A stretch of DNA of 62,830 nt, the filler included, from an uncultured Synergistales bacterium (GTDB taxonomy: Bacteria; Synergistota; Synergistia; Synergistales; Aminobacteriaceae), in NCBI GenBank assembly GCA_937897575.1. It is 7 parts of 7 records of this genome, joined end to end, with 100 filler letters (N's around TTAATTAATTAA, not from the genome) between each part and the next. Parts side by side here need not be neighbours in the genome. Positions count along the whole stretch, not along the records: positions 16,391 to 26,033 come from CALCQG010000041.1; positions 26,134 to 41,399 come from CALCQG010000042.1; 5 more parts are not named here. One strand, given 5' to 3'. Every line of letters begins with the position of its first letter. Positions within the stretch are counted from its first letter, which is position 1. The notes under the pieces are model-generated. The model ran no database searches, was not told the origin of the DNA, and saw nothing but the letters and a program-made list of their open reading frames with translations. Positions 18,132 through 28,567 of this stretch are shown here, piece after piece. Both the position numbers and the translations under genes were made by a program.

Positions 18132-19042
18132 GCCTCACCCTCCAGAAGGATGTTCGTCCGCGGTTCGAAGATGCCCGAGGGGTCCACGGAGCCGCAGGAG
18201 AGAAGCCTCGTGCCTAAGACGACAGCGATACGCCCCAGAGAGGAGGCGCCGGCACCGCGGAAAGCCAGGCTGGCCAGAGGGAGCGCTTTTCCGGCCAGCA
18301 GAGCGGCCGAGGCGTCGTCGTCGGCCGCGTACGAGTAGAACTGGTCGGCGAGACGCGACAGAGGGACGATGGCCCGGGACACGGACGACCCTCCGTCCAC
18401 CAGAGCGTCGTGCCCGATCGCCTGTTCGAGGAGGAAGGAGCCCGTCGCCTCCCGGACGAGGGACTGGACGTAGGCGCCGCACCGGACCAATCTGCCCATG
18501 TCCCGCGCGATGCTTCGGACGTACGTCCCCTTGCCGCATCGGATGCGGAGGTTCCAGGAATCGACTGAGCCGGGCGATTGTCGCGCGGCGATCGACAAGA
18601 TGTGGACGGGACGGGGCGAGAGCCTCAGGTTTTCTCCGGACCGCACCCGGTCGCTGGCCCTTCGCCCGTCGACTTTGACGGCCGACATGTGCGGCGGAGT
18701 CTGGAGCCGCACCCCGTAGAACGAGGGAAGGGCGGCTCGGACCCGGTCCTCAATGTCCGCCGGGACAGGCCGGGATCGCAGGACATCGCCCGAAGAGTCG
18801 TCGGTGGCTCGTTCCTCGCCAAAGCGGATGGTTGCGTCGTAGGTCTTGGGGAGGGCCATGACCATATCGCTCGCCCTCGTAGCCGTCCCCACGAGGAGGA
18901 TGAGAAGGCCCTCGGCCGTGGAGTCCAGCGTTCCGCCGTGCCCGACCTTCACGCCTCTTCCGAGATGTCTTCGAAGAAGAGAGACGCAGGCGGCGCTCCG
19001 GACCCCTCTGGGTTTATTGACGAGCAAAAGGCCGCAGGACAT
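18128..19042 (-). CDS. truB: tRNA pseudouridine(55) synthase
   Basis: KVGHGGTLD, SAVKVDG, CGKGTYVRS. Confidence 0.93.
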   Translation of the reverse strand: MSCGLLLVNKPRGVRSAACVSLLRRHLGRGVKVGHGGTLDSTAEGLLILLVGTATRASDMVMALPKTYDATIRFGEERATDDSSGDVLRSRPVPADIEDRVRAALPSFYGVRLQTPPHMSAVKVDGRRASDRVRSGENLRLSPRPVHILSIAARQSPGSVDSWNLRIRCGKGTYVRSIARDMGRLVRCGAYVQSLVREATGSFLLEQAIGHDALVDGGSSVSRAIVPLSRLADQFYSYAADDDASAALLAGKALPLASLAFRGAGASSLGRIAVVLGTRLLSCGSVDPSGIFEPRTNILLEGEA

Positions 19043-20033
19043 CGGCGTCCTCAAGGAGAGCGATCATCGTTTTCCTCGCGGCCTCGAGGGGGAGGGGCAA
19101 CCGGCACCCGGCGGCCTGGGGGTGTCCCCCGCCGCCGAAGGAGCGCGCGACCGCCGCGGCGGAGAGAAGGCCCCGAGACCTCAGGCTCGCCCGGATGTCC
19201 TTCTCCTCCTCGGTGAGCAGCACGGCGAACAGGACGCCCTTGAGGGTCATCAACTCGTTCACCAGATTCTCCGTCTCGCTCGGCTCGGCCTCCGTCTCGT
19301 CGAAGTCCCTCCGCTCGAGCCACGTCATGGCCGCCGAGGGTCCGACACGCAGGGCGCGTCCGAGAGCGCGCCCCCGAAGATGCAGGCCGCCAAGGGAGTG
19401 GTTGTTCCGGATGAGCGCTTCCATTCGCTCGGGCGAGACGCCGGACGCGACGAGCGCTCCCGCTATTTCATGGGTTCTCGCCGTGGTGGACGAAAAGGTG
19501 AAGTTGCCGCAGTCCGTCGCGATGGCCGCATAGAGCCCTTCGGCCGCCTCAAGCGACAGCTCCTGCTGAAGGGTGCGCAGAAGGAGAAAGCCCATCTCGC
19601 CGGTGGCCGACGCCGAAGGGTCGATCCAGTTCAGGGAACCGTACCGTTCGTTGTCCTCGTGGTGGTCCACGTTGACGAGGGGCACTTCTTCAGCGAGGAC
19701 GGCCAGGTCCCGGACCGAGCGGTCCCTTGTGGAGGTGTCGAGGGCAAGCACCACATCGCCCACCCCGGGCGAAAGAGGGGCAAGGAGGAGATCCGGTGCG
19801 TAGTCCCTCGTCCCGGCGAGGAAGCGGTACCCCTCGGGAACAACGCTGGGCCCGCCCCACAGGACGGTCTTTCCGAGCCGCCGCCCCGTGGACACGAAGG
19901 CGCTGCCCGTCCCGAGCGTATCGCCGTCAGGGTTGACGTGGGCGAGGACAATCCATCGGTGCGCGTCGCGGAGGAGCCCCGATATCGTCCGTAACGGGCT
20001 CTCAGCGGAAGGCAACGGCTCCGTCAACCTCAT
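19014..20033 (-). CDS. nrnA: DHH/DHHA1 phosphoesterase (NrnA-like)
   Basis: HVNPDGD, DHH, TDCGNF, GGGGHPQAAG. Confidence 0.88.
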   Translation of the reverse strand: MRLTEPLPSAESPLRTISGLLRDAHRWIVLAHVNPDGDTLGTGSAFVSTGRRLGKTVLWGGPSVVPEGYRFLAGTRDYAPDLLLAPLSPGVGDVVLALDTSTRDRSVRDLAVLAEEVPLVNVDHHEDNERYGSLNWIDPSASATGEMGFLLLRTLQQELSLEAAEGLYAAIATDCGNFTFSSTTARTHEIAGALVASGVSPERMEALIRNNHSLGGLHLRGRALGRALRVGPSAAMTWLERRDFDETEAEPSETENLVNELMTLKGVLFAVLLTEEEKDIRASLRSRGLLSAAAVARSFGGGGHPQAAGCRLPLPLEAARKTMIALLEDADVLRPFARQ

Positions 20034-20434
20034 TCCCCGTCGCAGACCTCACTTTCCTCGTCCTCGTCGTACCCTTCATCGCCATGGGCCGAGGGATCGA
20101 CCTTGAGGGAATCGAGAAGGGCGTCCATGGATCGCCCGTACTGCTCGCTCCTGTCGGGGACAAAGGAGAGAACCGGGACCTGCCGCACGGTCAGAGACTT
20201 GGCAAGGCCGCTTCTGAGAAGACCGGCCACGGAGGCGAGCGCCCTTCCCACGTCCTCCGTCATGGATGGGTCGAGCGTCGTGAAGTAGACCTTCGCCTGC
20301 TCCAGATCCCGTGAACAGTCCACGTCGGTGATGATCGCCTGTTTTGCGATCTCATTCTGCACCCTGAGGCTCAGGAGCAGGGAAATGTCCCTCTGTATCT
20401 GTTTGTTGATTCGCTGCATACGAAATGTCGTCAT
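20030..20434 (-). CDS. rbfA: Ribosome-binding factor A
   Basis: ITDVDCSRDL, RQVPVLSFVPD; operon position. Confidence 0.9.
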   Translation of the reverse strand: MTTFRMQRINKQIQRDISLLLSLRVQNEIAKQAIITDVDCSRDLEQAKVYFTTLDPSMTEDVGRALASVAGLLRSGLAKSLTVRQVPVLSFVPDRSEQYGRSMDALLDSLKVDPSAHGDEGYDEDEESEVCDGE

Positions 20435-20747
20435 ACCTCAGTACCTCGCGCCAGTGATCGATGATGCTGAACTCGCCCTCCTCCTCCACCCTCTGCAAAA
20501 AGGCGAGGACGGCGTCCAGTCGCTCAGTCGCCATGGAGACGCTCGTCGCGACGGCCGATATGGCGAGCAGCACCCGGGTTCGACTCCCGTCGGGTCCCAG
20601 GTCCATGGCCGACACGTTCCAGCGGGTCCGAACCCGATCAATCAGGGACCGGACGATCCGCCTCCTGTCCTTCAGGCTTCCGCTTTCAAAAATCTTCAGG
20701 TCGGCGCAGAGGACTCCGACGAAGAGGCCGACAGCCCAATTCGTCAT
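20352..20747 (-). CDS. DUF503 (YlxP) protein
   Basis: SLKDRRRIVRSL...WNVS; between infB and rbfA. Confidence 0.8.
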   Translation of the reverse strand: MTNWAVGLFVGVLCADLKIFESGSLKDRRRIVRSLIDRVRTRWNVSAMDLGPDGSRTRVLLAISAVATSVSMATERLDAVLAFLQRVEEEGEFSIIDHWREVLRYDDISYAANQQTDTEGHFPAPEPQGAE

Positions 20748-22738
20748 CAGGAGAGATGCCGCTTCTCCTCCACAATCTCATAGGCCTCGACGATGTCCCC
20801 CTCTTCGAAGTCCTGGTAGTTCGAGAGGCTGATCCCGCACTCGTACCCGGCCGAGACCTCCCGGACATCGTCCTTGAAGCGCCGGAGATTGGCCAGGCTT
20901 CCGTCCCACAGGACCACACCGCCCCTCAGGAGGCGCGCCTTGGCCGTCCTCCTGATGACGCCCTCCAGGACATAGCTTCCGGCGATCTTGCCCGCCTTGG
21001 GGACCTTGATGATCTGGCGGATCTCCGCCTGGCCGAGGGTGTGCTCGCGAATGGTGGGTTTGAGCATCCCCTCGAGGGCCGCCCGCACGTCGTCGATGGC
21101 GTCGTAGATGATGTTGTAGAAACGGATCTGGACCCCTTCCGCGTCGGCGATCCGCTTTGCGTTCGCGTCCGGCCGGACGTTGAAGCCGATGATGACGGCG
21201 TTGGAGGCGGAGGCGAGCATGACGTCCGACTCGGCGATCCGGCCCACGCCCCGATGGACGATCGAGATGGTGACCTCGTTCGTCGCAAGCTTCTCCAGCG
21301 AGGCGGCGAGGGCTTCGTTGGACCCCTGCACGTCGCTCTTGAGAAGCAGGTTCAGCTGGGGGATGTCGCCCTCCTTCAGCTGGGAGTAGAGCTCCTCCAG
21401 CGTGAGCTTTCGGGCGCTTCCCTGCTGCTGCTGTCGCTGCTCCTGGGCTTTGGCGCTCAGGACGTCCCGGGCGATCCGTTCGTTTTCGACGCACTCGAAG
21501 ACCTCGCCCGGTTGAGGAACGTCCGTCAGTCCCAGGATCTCCACGGGCGTGCTCGGCCCCGCGCAGTCGATGGATGCGCCGTCGGAGTCGAACATGGCCC
21601 GGATCTTTCCGAAGGTGGAGGAAAAGAGCAGGACGTCGCCCCTGCAGAGTGTTCCGTCCTGTACGAGGACTGTAGCCACCGAGCCCTTGCCCTTGTCGAG
21701 CTTCGCTTCGACGACGACGCCGCTCGGCTTCGCCGTCGGATCCGCCTTGAGCTCCTCCATCTCCGCCACGAGAAGGACCATCTCCAGCAGCTGGGGGATG
21801 CCCTCACCCGACTTCGCCGAGACCTCCACCATGATGGTCTTGCCGCCCCACTCCTCCGGGGCCAGCCCGAGGTCCGAGAGCTGCTGCCGTATCCGGTCGG
21901 GTTTGGCCGCAGGCTTGTCGATCTTGTTGATGGCCACGATCACCGGGACTCCGGCCGACTTGGCGTGATTGATCGCCTCTCTGGTCTGAGGCATGACGCC
22001 GTCATCGGCAGCCACCACAAGGATCGCGATATCCGTCGCTTTGGCCCCCCTGGCTCTCATCGCCGTGAAGGCCTCGTGCCCCGGCGTGTCCAGGAAGACG
22101 ATCTTCGCCCCTTCATGAAGAACGGTGGACGCACCGATGTGCTGCGTGATGCCCCCTGCCTCCCTCGCCGTGATGTTCGTCTTCCGGATGAAGTCGAGAA
22201 GAGTGGTCTTGCCGTGGTCCACATGCCCCATCACCGTGACGATGGGGGGGCGGGGTTCCATGTGCCCGCCCTCGTGGGGGTGCCGTTTTATGACGGTGCA
22301 CTCCGCGTCCTGCCCCTCTTCCGGCTCGATGCACACGAGGGAAAGGCGGACATTCTGCGTCTTTCCGAGGACGGCCAGGATCTTCTCGTCCACGACGCCA
22401 TCGGCCGGAACCATGAGCCCTCCTTCGATGAGGGCCTTCACCGCCTGCGCCGGTTTTATGCCGAGGAGAACCGCCACATCCTTCACCGTGGCACCCTCGG
22501 CGACCTCGAAGACGCCAGTTCCGCCGCCGGCCTTCTCTTTCTCCTTCGACGGCGAAGCGGGCTTCCCCTGGCCGGGAGAGCGGAGCGCATCTTCCACCAT
22601 CTGGGCGACATCCGTGTCGATGGAGCTCATGTGGCTCTTGACCTCCACGCCCAAATCGGTCAGCACCTCCAGCAGCTCTTTGTTGTTTTTCCCCAGCAAC
22701 TTCGCCAATTCATACACCCGTATCTTGCTCAATGTCAC
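20747..22738 (-). CDS. infB: Translation initiation factor IF-2
   Basis: [30 protein letters not shown]. Confidence 0.97.
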   Translation of the reverse strand: MTLSKIRVYELAKLLGKNNKELLEVLTDLGVEVKSHMSSIDTDVAQMVEDALRSPGQGKPASPSKEKEKAGGGTGVFEVAEGATVKDVAVLLGIKPAQAVKALIEGGLMVPADGVVDEKILAVLGKTQNVRLSLVCIEPEEGQDAECTVIKRHPHEGGHMEPRPPIVTVMGHVDHGKTTLLDFIRKTNITAREAGGITQHIGASTVLHEGAKIVFLDTPGHEAFTAMRARGAKATDIAILVVAADDGVMPQTREAINHAKSAGVPVIVAINKIDKPAAKPDRIRQQLSDLGLAPEEWGGKTIMVEVSAKSGEGIPQLLEMVLLVAEMEELKADPTAKPSGVVVEAKLDKGKGSVATVLVQDGTLCRGDVLLFSSTFGKIRAMFDSDGASIDCAGPSTPVEILGLTDVPQPGEVFECVENERIARDVLSAKAQEQRQQQQGSARKLTLEELYSQLKEGDIPQLNLLLKSDVQGSNEALAASLEKLATNEVTISIVHRGVGRIAESDVMLASASNAVIIGFNVRPDANAKRIADAEGVQIRFYNIIYDAIDDVRAALEGMLKPTIREHTLGQAEIRQIIKVPKAGKIAGSYVLEGVIRRTAKARLLRGGVVLWDGSLANLRRFKDDVREVSAGYECGISLSNYQDFEEGDIVEAYEIVEEKRHLS

Positions 22739-23070
22739 ACTCCCCCTTCCGCCAGCAGTTTCGCTATGGAACCGGCAAAACCGCTACGTAGCGGCACAGC
22801 TACGACCTTGACCCCTTTTGCGCCCACTGCGGAGGAGAGCTGCTCCTCCGATATCCCCGACAGAGTGGTGATGCTGTTCTTCTCTGCATGGCTCCCTGTG
22901 CTCACGGAGCGAAAGAAGGCCGAATCCGCCCCCTCGGCGAAGAAAATGGAAAGAAGCTCGCCCCGCGCCAAAGATGATTGTACTATATCCTGTCCGATTC
23001 GCAGGGCTCCCGCTCGCCGGGCAAGCCCGAACAGCGACAGAATCGATGTCTGCGGCGTCCTCTCGGTCAT
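22735..23070 (-). CDS. L7Ae/YlxQ-like RNA-binding protein
   Basis: LSLFGLARRAG; position between ylxR and infB. Confidence 0.75.
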   Translation of the reverse strand: MTERTPQTSILSLFGLARRAGALRIGQDIVQSSLARGELLSIFFAEGADSAFFRSVSTGSHAEKNSITTLSGISEEQLSSAVGAKGVKVVAVPLRSGFAGSIAKLLAEGGV

Positions 23071-23369
23071 GGGGCCCTCCCCTCCTCGTCGGAGTTCGAC
23101 CGGACCCGTTCGAGGAGCCTCGCATACAGATCATGGTCGAAGGACACCTTCAGGGCCTTCGAAAGCGCGTCACGCTTCTCGGCCGCGAGGACGCACTCGT
23201 CTCTGAGGCAGACGTAGGCTCCGCGCCCCGGCAGCTTCCCCGAGGGGTCGATGACGACCTCCCCCTCGGGCGTCCGGACGATGCGGAGCATGGTCCGCTT
23301 CGGGGACTCCTCCCTGCACCCGACACAGGTTCTGGGGCGACGGCGTTTTCCCGCCCTGCCGGCATCTAT
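23067..23369 (-). CDS. ylxR: YlxR/RnpM (DUF448); start codon anomalous
   Basis: PRTCVGC...LRIVR...GRGAYVC...C in one frame; nearby ATG (23365) is out of frame, and an in-frame ATA lies at 23369. Confidence 0.8.
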   Translation of the reverse strand: MDAGRAGKRRRPRTCVGCREESPKRTMLRIVRTPEGEVVIDPSGKLPGRGAYVCLRDECVLAAEKRDALSKALKVSFDHDLYARLLERVRSNSDEEGRAP

Positions 23370-24475
23370 TTCAGGTCACTCTCCCCCGTGAGGTCTATAT
23401 CCTGGAAGATGTCGTGCAGCGTGGGCATCCGCTCGGGCTCGAGGGCGTTGATGTCGATCTTCCACCCCGTCAGCCGCGCGGCGAGCCGGACGTTCTGCCC
23501 CGCCTTGCCGATGGCCAAGGAGAGTTGATCGGGTCTTGTATAGACCGTGACGGCCTTCTCCTGCTCGAGGATGGGCTCCACCTTGACGATCTTCGCCGGG
23601 GAGAGGGCGTTGCGGATATACTGAAGCGGGTCGCTGCTCCATATGATGATGTCCACCTTTTCCCCGTTGAGCTCCTTGCTGATGGTCTTGATCCTGGCCC
23701 CGCTGCTCCCCACGCACGCCCCGACGGGGTCCACGTTGACGTCCAGAGTCTGCATGGCGACCTTCGCCCTCGCGCCGGCCTCCCGCACGATGTTCTTGAT
23801 CTCGATGACGCCGTCCTGCACCTCCGGGACTTCGAGTTCGAGAAGCTTCCGCAGCAGCCCCGGGTGACTCCTCGACAGGACGATCCTTGGACCGCGGGTG
23901 GTCTGCCGGACGTCCAGCAGATAGAACTTGAGGCGGTCGCCGGGGGTGTACTGCTCGCCCACGATGCGCTCCTCCCTCGGAAGGATGGCCTCCGTCCTGT
24001 CGTTGATGCGGATGAGGACCTGGTCGTTCTCCGACTTGAACACCACGCCGGTGACGAGGTCACCCACCCGACCGGAGAACTCCTCGAAGATGATCTGGCG
24101 CTCGGCGTCCTTGAGGCGCTGGATGATGACCTGACGCGCCGTCTGGGCGGCGATCCGCCCGAAGTGCTCCGGGTTCTTCTCGATGCGGATGACGTCTCCC
24201 TCGGCCACATCCACGAACCCCTTCGACTGGGCGTCCTGCAGGGAGATCTGCGTGTCGGGGGCCGTCACCTCGCCCACCACCGTGCGGACCTCGCAGATGG
24301 AGATGTCGCCGTTTTCGGCGTCGATATGGACCTCCACGTCCTGCGTGCCGCTCTGGTACTTTTTATAGGCCGAGATCATGGCCGCCTCGAGGCTCGAGGT
24401 GATGATCTCCTGGGAGAGCCCCCTCTCCTTGGTAATCTGGGCCAGTGCACGAACGAAATCGCGCCCGAGCTGCAT
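23366..24475 (-). CDS. nusA: Transcription factor NusA
   Basis: FGRIAAQTARQ, EVPE, REAGARAK, DPVGACVG, AIGKAGQNVRLA. Confidence 0.97.
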   Translation of the reverse strand: MQLGRDFVRALAQITKERGLSQEIITSSLEAAMISAYKKYQSGTQDVEVHIDAENGDISICEVRTVVGEVTAPDTQISLQDAQSKGFVDVAEGDVIRIEKNPEHFGRIAAQTARQVIIQRLKDAERQIIFEEFSGRVGDLVTGVVFKSENDQVLIRINDRTEAILPREERIVGEQYTPGDRLKFYLLDVRQTTRGPRIVLSRSHPGLLRKLLELEVPEVQDGVIEIKNIVREAGARAKVAMQTLDVNVDPVGACVGSSGARIKTISKELNGEKVDIIIWSSDPLQYIRNALSPAKIVKVEPILEQEKAVTVYTRPDQLSLAIGKAGQNVRLAARLTGWKIDINALEPERMPTLHDIFQDIDLTGESDLK

Positions 24476-24999
24476 CACGAACTCCTCCTTTTTTGCTTCT
24501 TCGCGCCCTCGTCCTCCTCGAAGACGAGGTGCCCTTTCTGCACGGTGTCGAAGGGGATGGTCCGAACTTCAAGGGACTCGCTCTCCCTCAGAAGAATGCT
24601 GTCTTCCGCAACGCCCTCCAGGACCCCCGAGAATTTTTTCTGCCCCTTGACGGTCTCATGGAGCTTGATTTTGACCCCTCTGCCGACGAACTTCCCATAA
24701 TCCTCCAGAAGGAAGAGCGGCCGCTCGAGCCCGGGGGAGCTGACCTCGAGGTAGAACGCCCCCTGCACCATATCGTCGTGCTCGTCGAGAAATCGGCTTA
24801 TGGCTCGGGACACCGTCTCGCAGTCCTTGACGACGATCCCCCCCAGAGAGTCGATATAGACCCTCAGATACTGGGACCGCCCCTCGGAGACGAGGAGTAT
24901 GCCGACGCATTCGTACCCCAGCCCCTCGATCACTTCTCTGATCGGGGTCCACCGCTCCTGCCCCTTTTTATCCTGCATAGGCAGCACTCCATTCTCCAC
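24475..24999 (-). CDS. rimP: Ribosome maturation factor RimP (start uncertain)
   Basis: LRVYID, DCETVS, YLEVSSPGLERPL. Confidence 0.93.
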   Translation of the reverse strand: MENGVLPMQDKKGQERWTPIREVIEGLGYECVGILLVSEGRSQYLRVYIDSLGGIVVKDCETVSRAISRFLDEHDDMVQGAFYLEVSSPGLERPLFLLEDYGKFVGRGVKIKLHETVKGQKKFSGVLEGVAEDSILLRESESLEVRTIPFDTVQKGHLVFEEDEGAKKQKRRSS

Positions 25000-25004
25000 T
25001 CAGT

Positions 25005-25036
25005 AAAAAACAAAGAGTGGGAAAACCCACTCTTTG
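25005..25036 (-). promoter_or_regulatory. rimP leader terminator-like hairpin
   Basis: CAAAGAGTGGG-TTTT-CCCACTCTTTG followed by T-run immediately 5' of rimP, like the known rimP leader. Confidence 0.7.
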
Positions 25037-25142
25037 CGACAGAACTCCGCAAAATGGACCTCGTGATGCAGATGCAGTATAGCACACGAAGGGGATGAAA
25101 GACAACGCCCCGTTCCTTGAAAAATTTTTTGCGGCGGGTTGT

Positions 25143-25171
25143 TTGACATCTCTTCGATTGTGTGTTAGCCT
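25143..25171 (+). promoter_or_regulatory. Sigma70 promoter of the Tyr-leader/tpl transcript
   Basis: TTGACA-N17-TAGCCT with TG extended -10. Confidence 0.55.
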
Positions 25172-25229
25172 CCTGAATCAATATGGAACGAACATGGTGC
25201 CCCTCGCGACGTTCCTCGGAGGATGAAGC

Positions 25230-25313
25230 ATGAGACGAACCGGAACCGCTTTTGTCGCTGCAGCGTATTATTACTACAGAACTGAGCCCTTTGCGAGGAG
25301 GTCAGAGCTGTAG
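25230..25313 (+). CDS. Tyr-rich leader peptide MRRTGTAFVAAAYYYYRTEPFARRSEL
   Basis: GGAGG 7 nt upstream; TAT TAT TAC TAC at 25266-25277; overlaps antiterminator 5' strand. Confidence 0.8.
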   Translation: MRRTGTAFVAAAYYYYRTEPFARRSEL

Positions 25314-25397
25314 GCTGCGCCATGTGCTTCTGAACCGGAAATATCGTTCGCAAAGAGGGCTCTTTTCCGTTTCAACGGTAAAGAGCCCTCTTTTTTT
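25284..25397 (+). promoter_or_regulatory. Antiterminator/terminator attenuator
   Basis: GAGCCCTTTGCGA (25284-96) can pair with TCGCAAAGAGGGCTC (25348-62), which overlaps terminator GAGGGCTCTTT-TCCGTTTCAACGGT-AAAGAGCCCTC-T7 (25355-97). Confidence 0.85.
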
Positions 25398-25432
25398 GTC
25401 CACATATCTCGCAGGAGAAAGGGGAATTTGAA

Positions 25433-26033
25433 ATGACAGAACGGATCGCTTTTTTCACAGGAGAGTCGTTGCCCTTGGAGATGCACAAAGTGCGCATCGT
25501 GCAGAAGCTCAACCTTCCGCCCGTCGAAGAGCGGTTGAGCGCCATCAGGGAGGCTGGTTCCAACACCTTTCTGCTGACGAACAACAAGGTCTTCCTCGAC
25601 ATGCTCACCGACAGCGGCGTGAACGCCATGAGCGACAGGCAGCTGGGCGCCATGATGACGGCGGATGACAGCTACGCCGGCTCTATGAGCTTCGAACGGC
25701 TGAAGGGGGTCATAGTGGACATCTTCGGCAAGGAGCTCATGCTCCCCGTCCATCAGGGCAGAGCGGCCGAGAACGTCCTGATGAGGACTCTGGTGCGCCA
25801 GAGCGACATAGTGCCCATGAACTATCACTTCACCACCACGCGGGCCCATATCGAACTGAACGGCGGGCAGGTGCTGGAGCTTTTCACGCCCGAGGCCCTG
25901 AACTTCAGGAGCGCCGAGCCCTTCAAGGGCAATATGGACACGGACCGGCTGCGCGCCGTCCTTGCGGAGCAGGGAGAGAGGGTTCCCTTTGTCCGCATGG
26001 AGGCGGGGACCAATCTGATCGGCGGGCAGCCCT
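25433..26033 (+). CDS. tpl: Beta-eliminating lyase, tyrosine phenol-lyase-like (TPL/tryptophanase family), 3' truncated
   Basis: NTFLL, DMLTDSG, DDSYAGS, HQGRAAE, NYHFTTTR (TPL-type Thr), FKGN, GGQP. Confidence 0.7.
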
Positions 26034-26133
26034 NNNNNNNNNNNNNNNNNNNNNNNNNNNNNNNNNNNNNNNNNNNNTTAATTAATTAANNNNNNNNNNN
26101 NNNNNNNNNNNNNNNNNNNNNNNNNNNNNNNNN
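26034..26133. other. Assembly gap / contig linker
   Basis: N-run with TTAATTAATTAA. Confidence 0.98.
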
Positions 26134-28482
26134 GTCGGGCGGGCCCTGCCCGACGCCAGCGACGGCATGAAGCCCGTGCAGCGGCGGGTGCTCTACGCCA
26201 TGATGGAGCTGGGTCTGCGGTCCGGCACGGCCTACAAGAAGTCGGCGAGGGTCGTGGGCGAGACGATGGGCAAGTACCACCCCCACGGGGACGCATCGAT
26301 CTACGACACCATGGTCCGTCTGGCCCAGGACTTCAACATGCGGTACAAGCTCGTGGACGGGCAGGGGAACTTCGGCTCCGTGGACGGCGACCCCGCGGCG
26401 GCCATGCGGTACACCGAGGCCAGGCTGTCGGAGATGGGCGAGTTGATGCTCGCCGACATCAACGAGAACACGGTGGACTGGGCCCCGAACTTCGACGAGT
26501 CGCTGCAGGAGCCGGTCGTGCTTCCCTCCTCGGTGCCGAATCTCCTCGTGAACGGCAGCTCGGGGATCGCCGTGGGCATGGCGACGAACATTCCGCCCCA
26601 CAACCTCAGCGAGGTGGTGGATGCCCTCGGGTACATGATCGACACCGGCGAGGACGCCGAGTTCGGCGAGGTCTACGCCCGGCTTCCCGGACCGGACTTC
26701 CCCACGGGGGGCATCATCCTGGGGCACGACGGCATCATCGACGCCTACCGTACGGGACGGGGCAAGATCATCGTCCGGGGCAAAACCCACGTGGAGGAGA
26801 CGAAAAAGGGAAAGGCCTCCGTGATCATCACGGAGATCCCCTACATGGTGAACAAGACGTCCCTCATCGAGAACATCGTGCAGTGCGCCCAGAACAAGAC
26901 CATCGACGGCATCGCGGACATCCGGGACGAATCGGACCGCGACGGTCTTCGGATCGTCCTCGAGATCAACCGGGACGGGGACGCGGATCTGGTGCTTCGT
27001 CAGATATACAAGAGGACCCAGCTTCAGAGCACCTTCGGCGTGATCAACCTCGCCCTCGTGGACGGGCATCCGAAGGAGCTCCCCGTCATGGAGATGCTCT
27101 CCATCTTCCTCGAGCACCGGAGGACGGTGGTCCGCCGGCGGACGCAGTACAGGCTGGATAAAGCCCTGACCCGGGCGCACATCGTGGAGGGGCTCGTGAA
27201 AGCCCTGGACATGATCGACCGGGTCATCGCCATCATCCGCGCCGCCCAGACGGTTTCGGACGCGAAGGACGGGCTGATGAACGAGCTCGCCTTCAGCGAC
27301 GCCCAGGCCCAGGCCATCCTGGACATGCGCCTTCAGCGCCTCACGGGGCTGGAGCGCGAGAAGCTCGAGGCCGAGCTCGCCTCCCTCTTCGCCGATATCG
27401 AGCGGTACCAGACCATCCTGGCGAACCGGCCGGTGCTGGACAGCGTGATCAAGGAGGAGCTCTTCGACCTGAAGAAGAAGTTCGGCGACGGCCGGAAGAC
27501 CGAGATCATGAGCAACTACGAGGAGGTCTCCGTGGAGGACCTGATCCCCGAGAACGACATCGTGGTGCTCCTCTCGAAGGACGGCTATCTCAAACGGAAG
27601 GGCCTGGACGAGTACGCGGTGCAGGAGCGGGGCGGCAAGGGGCGAAAGGGCAGCCTCCAGGAGGAGGATGAGGCCTCTCTCATGGCCGTGACCAACACGC
27701 ACAAGGACATCTACCTCTTCACGTCCCTCGGCCGGGTGCTCGCCATCCGGGGGCACATGATCCCCGAGACCCGCACCGGCAAGGGGCGCCTTATCAGCAG
27801 GATCGTATCCCTCGACGCGGGCGAGACGGTGGTCTCCATGTACGGGCGAAGCTTGGAGGGCAAGGAGTACGTCTTCTTCGCCACGAAGGGCGGCATCGCG
27901 AAGCGCCTGGCCCTCTCCGAGATCGTGCGCCTGACCCGTGCCGGAAAGCGGGTGCTCACCCTGGACGAAGGGGACTCCATCGCTCAGGTGCGCCTCACGA
28001 GCGGCGAGGACGAGCTGCTCTTCATGACGCGCAAGGGGCGGGGCCTTCGGGTCTCCGAGGGCGAGTTCCGTCCCATGGGCCGGACGGCCCGGGGCGTGCG
28101 GGCCATGCGCCTCGGCGCGGGGGACGAGCTCATCTCCTGCGAGGTGGTGCACTCCGATAAATTGGCCATGCTCGTCAGCCAGCTCGGCGTCGGGAAGAGA
28201 ACCAGATTCGAGGAGTTCCCGATCCACCACAGAGGGAGCGGCGGCGTGAAGGCCATGAACCTGGGCAAGCGGACGGGACAGCTCATGGGGAGCTGGGCCG
28301 TGGCCGAGGAGGATGAGGTCATGGTGGCCACGACCCACGGCCGGATCATCCGCGTTGCGGCGTCGGGCATCCCGATACTGAGCCGGACGGCCATGGGGAA
28401 CATCACCGTGCGCCTTGACGAGGGCGATTCCGTCGCCGACGTGAGCGTCATATCGAGCGACGTCCTCACGGAGGACGAGTAG
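26134..28482 (+). CDS. gyrA: DNA gyrase subunit A, 5' truncated
   Basis: [31 protein letters not shown], GyrA box QERGGKG, beta-pinwheel repeats. Confidence 0.96.
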   Translation, partial: VGRALPDASDGMKPVQRRVLYAMMELGLRSGTAYKKSARVVGETMGKYHPHGDASIYDTMVRLAQDFNMRYKLVDGQGNFGSVDGDPAAAMRYTEARLSEMGELMLADINENTVDWAPNFDESLQEPVVLPSSVPNLLVNGSSGIAVGMATNIPPHNLSEVVDALGYMIDTGEDAEFGEVYARLPGPDFPTGGIILGHDGIIDAYRTGRGKIIVRGKTHVEETKKGKASVIITEIPYMVNKTSLIENIVQCAQNKTIDGIADIRDESDRDGLRIVLEINRDGDADLVLRQIYKRTQLQSTFGVINLALVDGHPKELPVMEMLSIFLEHRRTVVRRRTQYRLDKALTRAHIVEGLVKALDMIDRVIAIIRAAQTVSDAKDGLMNELAFSDAQAQAILDMRLQRLTGLEREKLEAELASLFADIERYQTILANRPVLDSVIKEELFDLKKKFGDGRKTEIMSNYEEVSVEDLIPENDIVVLLSKDGYLKRKGLDEYAVQERGGKGRKGSLQEEDEASLMAVTNTHKDIYLFTSLGRVLAIRGHMIPETRTGKGRLISRIVSLDAGETVVSMYGRSLEGKEYVFFATKGGIAKRLALSEIVRLTRAGKRVLTLDEGDSIAQVRLTSGEDELLFMTRKGRGLRVSEGEFRPMGRTARGVRAMRLGAGDELISCEVVHSDKLAMLVSQLGVGKRTRFEEFPIHHRGSGGVKAMNLGKRTGQLMGSWAVAEEDEVMVATTHGRIIRVAASGIPILSRTAMGNITVRLDEGDSVADVSVISSDVLTEDE

Positions 28483-28504
28483 CGGGCTGTCGAAGAGGGC
28501 CATA

Positions 28505-28567
28505 ACGGGAAACTGAACGGGCTGAGACGCCCCAAGACCTGATCCGGAGAGTGCCGGCGAAGGGGAG
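28505..28567 (+). ncRNA. TPP riboswitch (compact/degenerate)
   Basis: GCTGAGA...CCC...ACCTGATCCGG.AGTGCCGGCGAAGGG upstream of thiD; GC hairpin at 28610-28638. Confidence 0.75.

Noticed and set aside
25223..25285. Alternative leader ORF MKHETNRNRFCRCSVLLLQN
   Set aside because: Its ATG abuts the SD sequence with no spacing; the ATG at 25230 has optimal spacing and gives the Tyr run.
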